Positions 60,177 to 64,000 of a stretch of 64,000 bases of DNA are shown here, piece by piece. The notes under the pieces are model-generated. The model did not search any database and was not told the DNA's origin. It saw only the letters and a list, made by a program, of their open reading frames with translations. The position numbers and the translations under genes are program-made. Every line of letters begins with the position of its first letter. Position 1 is the first letter of the stretch. This DNA is from Eledone cirrhosa. Its lineage: Eukaryota. The stretch is from NCBI GenBank assembly GCA_964016885.1, contig OZ024741.1:271436001-271500000 (forward strand), given 5' to 3'.

Positions 60177-62960
60177 TGTAGGAGGTGAGTTTTATTGTAG
60201 TACAATAAAGCAATGCAGATATCGGATAAGAAGCACTCTACAGTTTGTAGGACTGGAGTATACATAATATATAAGATCAAAAGATGGTTAAAGGAGTTCC
60301 ATGTATTTTATTATGCGCATTTCAAAAACAAACATCATCATGCAATAATATTTGTGTTTTCATTAGATAAAACAGGAGGACATGATATGAAGGCTAAAAA
60401 AACACTTGTGGATAGTGCAGTTTTAAATCAACATATGAAAAGTAGTTTTAGATTGATGTGTGTTATTGGGAAAAATATTTTATTTAGAGAGGGGGGGGGG
60501 GTGGAAAGGATGAAAAAAGGGGAGGAGATGAGAGTGGAGAGGGAGAGATGGGTGATAGAGAGAAAGAGATAGTTTTTATAACTGAGAGAAGATATATTGT
60601 TTTACAGAGAGGTTGAAAACCGTTGGTAGATAATGTTTAAATTAAAAGAATTTGAAAATTAACGAAGGGAAAAATATGTACGAGGAAAGAGAGGGAGTTG
60701 ATATGTATTGAGATTAAAAAGTTTGAAGATAGAGAGAAAAAATAATAATTGCGGATGAATATTCTAACGTCAAAAAGGTGTATGTTTATAAGTATTATGG
60801 CAATTTCAAAATTAACGAAGAGAAAAAAAAATTATTAAGGTTTGTGTGTTGAAGGATTTGAGAAAAATAATGTGAAGTTAAGGTTAATATTGAAGGAATT
60901 GATAATATGTGCGAAGAAAGAGTTAATATGTATTAAAAAATTATTAAGGTTTGTGTATTAGATGATTTGAGAAAAATAATGTGAAGTTAAGGTTTGTATA
61001 TTGAAGGAATTGATAATATGTGCGAAGAAAGAGTTAATATGTATTAAGAATGAGTTATTTGATGGGGAGAAAAAAATAATAAATTAAGGATGAATATTCT
61101 AGCGTCAAAAGAAGGAGAGGGAGTTAATGTATTGAGATTAAAAAGTTTGATGATGGAGAGAAAAAATAATAATAATTGCGGATGAATATTCTAACGTCAA
61201 AAAAACAAATGTATATGTTATGAAGGATTTTACAAGGTGAAGATAGAATGAGGGTAATGAGTAAACAAGTATTATAGAGTGTATAATGCCCTTTGAAGTA
61301 AGGTAGGAAGATGGGTATATTTTAAAGAGGTGTATGTATATGTGCCTTTGAGAAAAGATTCTAAATTGATAAAGAATTGAATATTAGCTGTATACTTTGT
61401 GAAAAGTCCTATGGAATTTATGCAAGCAGATAGAAAACAAATCTGTACGTCTATTTATTATAGAATCTAGATTAGAGATAATGGTAAACTTTTCATTTAG
61501 GCAGAGATTACAGATTTTAGATAGAGAGCTGTTCAAGTATGAAGACGCAGAAGAAAGATGGTATATTTAATGTTTTTGTCTTTCAAGGACCATATGAGTT
61601 CTGAGAGAGCCGTGTTGGTTCTTTTAAGTTTGTATTTAAAAGATGAATGATGATTATAGAGACGAGCTTTAAAAGAGGTGGAAGTGGAGCCAAAATAGGT
61701 GAAGGAATTGGTGCTAGTTATAACTTTACATTCATAAATTAAGTTTTTATCAAGACAATGGTTATTGAGAGGACATTTATTTTTAATGCGGCAGTTGCAA
61801 TTAGAGAGATTATTAATGAGTGACCTAGTGTTATCTATAGAAGGAATTGGATTGGAGAAGTTGTTTGCGATAGGAATAATAGGAATAATAGTTTCTTGAT
61901 TTAGAGTTGGATTATGAACATTTAGCGAAGTTGTGTTTGACGTTGTATTTGGGTTTACAGAAGTTAGCCTAGGGTTTACAATGACGTCGGGAGTACTATT
62001 ACTGTTATTATGAAATTCAATGTTGGAAAGAAGAGATTTAGTATTTAGTATTTTATTGTTGTGTTTAGAGATAATGTTGGAAATATTGGAGGATGTAGAA
62101 TAAGAAAATTTGATGGTGTGTTTGTTAAATATTTTACTATAGATATGTGAGGGAGGGAAGCATTTATTTAAGGCACTAAAAAATAATTTAGGAATATTGT
62201 TATTAATAGAGATGGAGTAAGGAGCATTATACCAGATTATGTTTTTGTATCTAGGTCTTTTATTAAAGTTATTGGAATGATCATGATTAATTATTCTACT
62301 GTAAGTTTTTCTAGAATTTGTTTCTTTACTATATTTGATTTTATCTGGATAACCGGCTTTAGAAAGTGCGTTATTATAGTAATTGACGTTAGCATCAAAG
62401 ATGTTTTTATTAGAAGATATGTTAGATATTCTTTTTCCAATATTACTAACTATAGCATTCTTGATATTGGTAGGATGGTTAGATTTAAAGTTAACATAAT
62501 TTAGGTTCTCATTGTTTTTATGGTAAGGGTAATATAGGCCAGTGTCAAGATTAAGAGATACATCCAAGAAATTAGCTAGTTTGATACTATTATCAAATTC
62601 AATTTTTAGGTTATGTTGGTTAAATAGATTACGTATATTGTTCTTAATAATATTAAGGTTAACTATATTGCAATTTAAGATAGTAAAGAGCCCATCGTCA
62701 CGATAAATTTCACCGCGAAGTTGAGGAATTTTCCGACTCAAAGAGTTCAAAATAAAAATACCAATTAAATCAGTCAATTGGGATGAATCGGATGCTCCCA
62801 TTGTGATGTCGAAGTTGTTAGAGGTATCGGCTCTGGTCCAATATTCGTTGTTGAACTCTAGGATGGTTTTACGTGCGGTGAGGATGATGTGAAGTTCATC
62901 TGTGGTGATGTCACAATATTTAAGTGCGAAAGATAGAGCATTATTGAGAAGTGAAGGCGA
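60177..62960 (-). mobile_element. Penelope-like element (Naiad-like), 5'-truncated
   Basis: ORF 61533-62960 with FDITMG, IYRDDGL, FLDVSLNL, CNCR..KCPLNNHC and LIY..YFG; CNLCLNEK follows a frameshift. The 3' end carries an HHR (60304-60374) with mutated core CTAATGA. Confidence 0.9.
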
Positions 62961-63018
<58 letters not shown>

Positions 63019-63533
63019 AAAGAATAGAGGTGTAACACACAAGTTATTATATATTGGTAAACGGAATAGAAAATGCTGACAAATTGTTCACAGTTGAAAA
63101 ATGGTTTAATTAGGAATAAAAGAGTATTAGTGATTGTATGGGTTAGTATTCAGTTGTGGTTTTAAGTTTTTAAGTTTTTACCGGTTGCGCATTTCTAAAT
63201 GCTTTTCAAAAATAATTTTGAGATGGAGTGTCCGTGCTGTTTGCTCTGATCTGATTAGTTTTGGGAATTCTACCTGTTTTTATGTTAAAAAAATGGCTCC
63301 AGCGTTATTTTTGTGTTGTAAAAATGCTTGTGGTCAAAACAATTTTGATTGGTCGGTAGAGGTCATGTGAATGTAAAAAGTTGATTTTGCGCCAAGACTG
63401 TTTTTATGTTAAAATGTTAGAAAAGTGGCTCCAGCAAAGATTATGGTCAAAACAATTTTGATTGGTCGGTAGAGGTCATGTGGATAAAAAATTGGTTTTG
63501 CGCCAAGATTGAGAAATGACTCTTTCACAACAG

Positions 63534-63589
<56 letters not shown>

Positions 63590-63724
63590 TAGTAGTAGTA
63601 GTAGTAAGGTATTCGATGCTGCGACAATAGCCACCAGCGATGTGTGTCAAATGGCTATTAAGATAAGTGTGTGTGTGTGTGTGTGTGTGTGTGCGTACAT
63701 ACACACAGCAGAGTCATTCGAAGG

Positions 63725-64000
63725 TCAAAAGATATTTTTCATGATGACTGCTTCATCCTTTGGCACGAAAACATCGAAAAACTTAAAGAATTTCACACCC
63801 TTATAAATGGGCTCAACACAAATATTAACTTCACAATGGAATACAGCCATCAACAACTCCCCTTCCTCGACATCCTCATTAAGATCCATAACAAAAAAAT
63901 AGAAACAGACATATACTACAAGCCCACAGACTCCAAGCAATACCTCCCCTTCAACTCTTGCCACCCTAGACACGTTAAAATTAATATTCCCTACAACTTA
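63725..64000 (+). mobile_element. Penelope-like RT fragment (different PLE clade), running off the window
   Basis: DDCFILW..NINFTME..LPFLDI..TDIYYKPTDSKQYL.FNSCHP.HVKINIPYNL. Confidence 0.8.

Overview
AT-rich, repeat-dense eukaryotic DNA. The SINE/RTE content and (TA)n/(CATA)n microsatellites suggest an octopus/cephalopod genome (inference). Two host genes converge tail-to-tail. On + is the 3' part of a Rab-family small GTPase: exons 1351-1458 and 2693-2812, then two, possibly three, in-frame alternative last exons at 13194, 16559 and 20271. On - is the 1.18-kb last exon of a GPR180/TMEM145-type 7TM protein (39453-40631). The rest is retroelements: CRE-like, R4/Dong-like and RTE LINEs, Penelope-like elements (PLEs), tRNA-SINEs, MITEs and satellites. 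The most striking signal is a set of about 10 fold-back (inverted-repeat) inserts sitting in (TA)n tracts, many carrying minimal type-I hammerhead ribozymes (HHRs) and a one-sided tail. Two of these families match the 3' ends of RT/GIY-YIG PLEs in the same window. Several lie in the Rab introns just upstream of the alternative last exons. All coordinates were read by eye.
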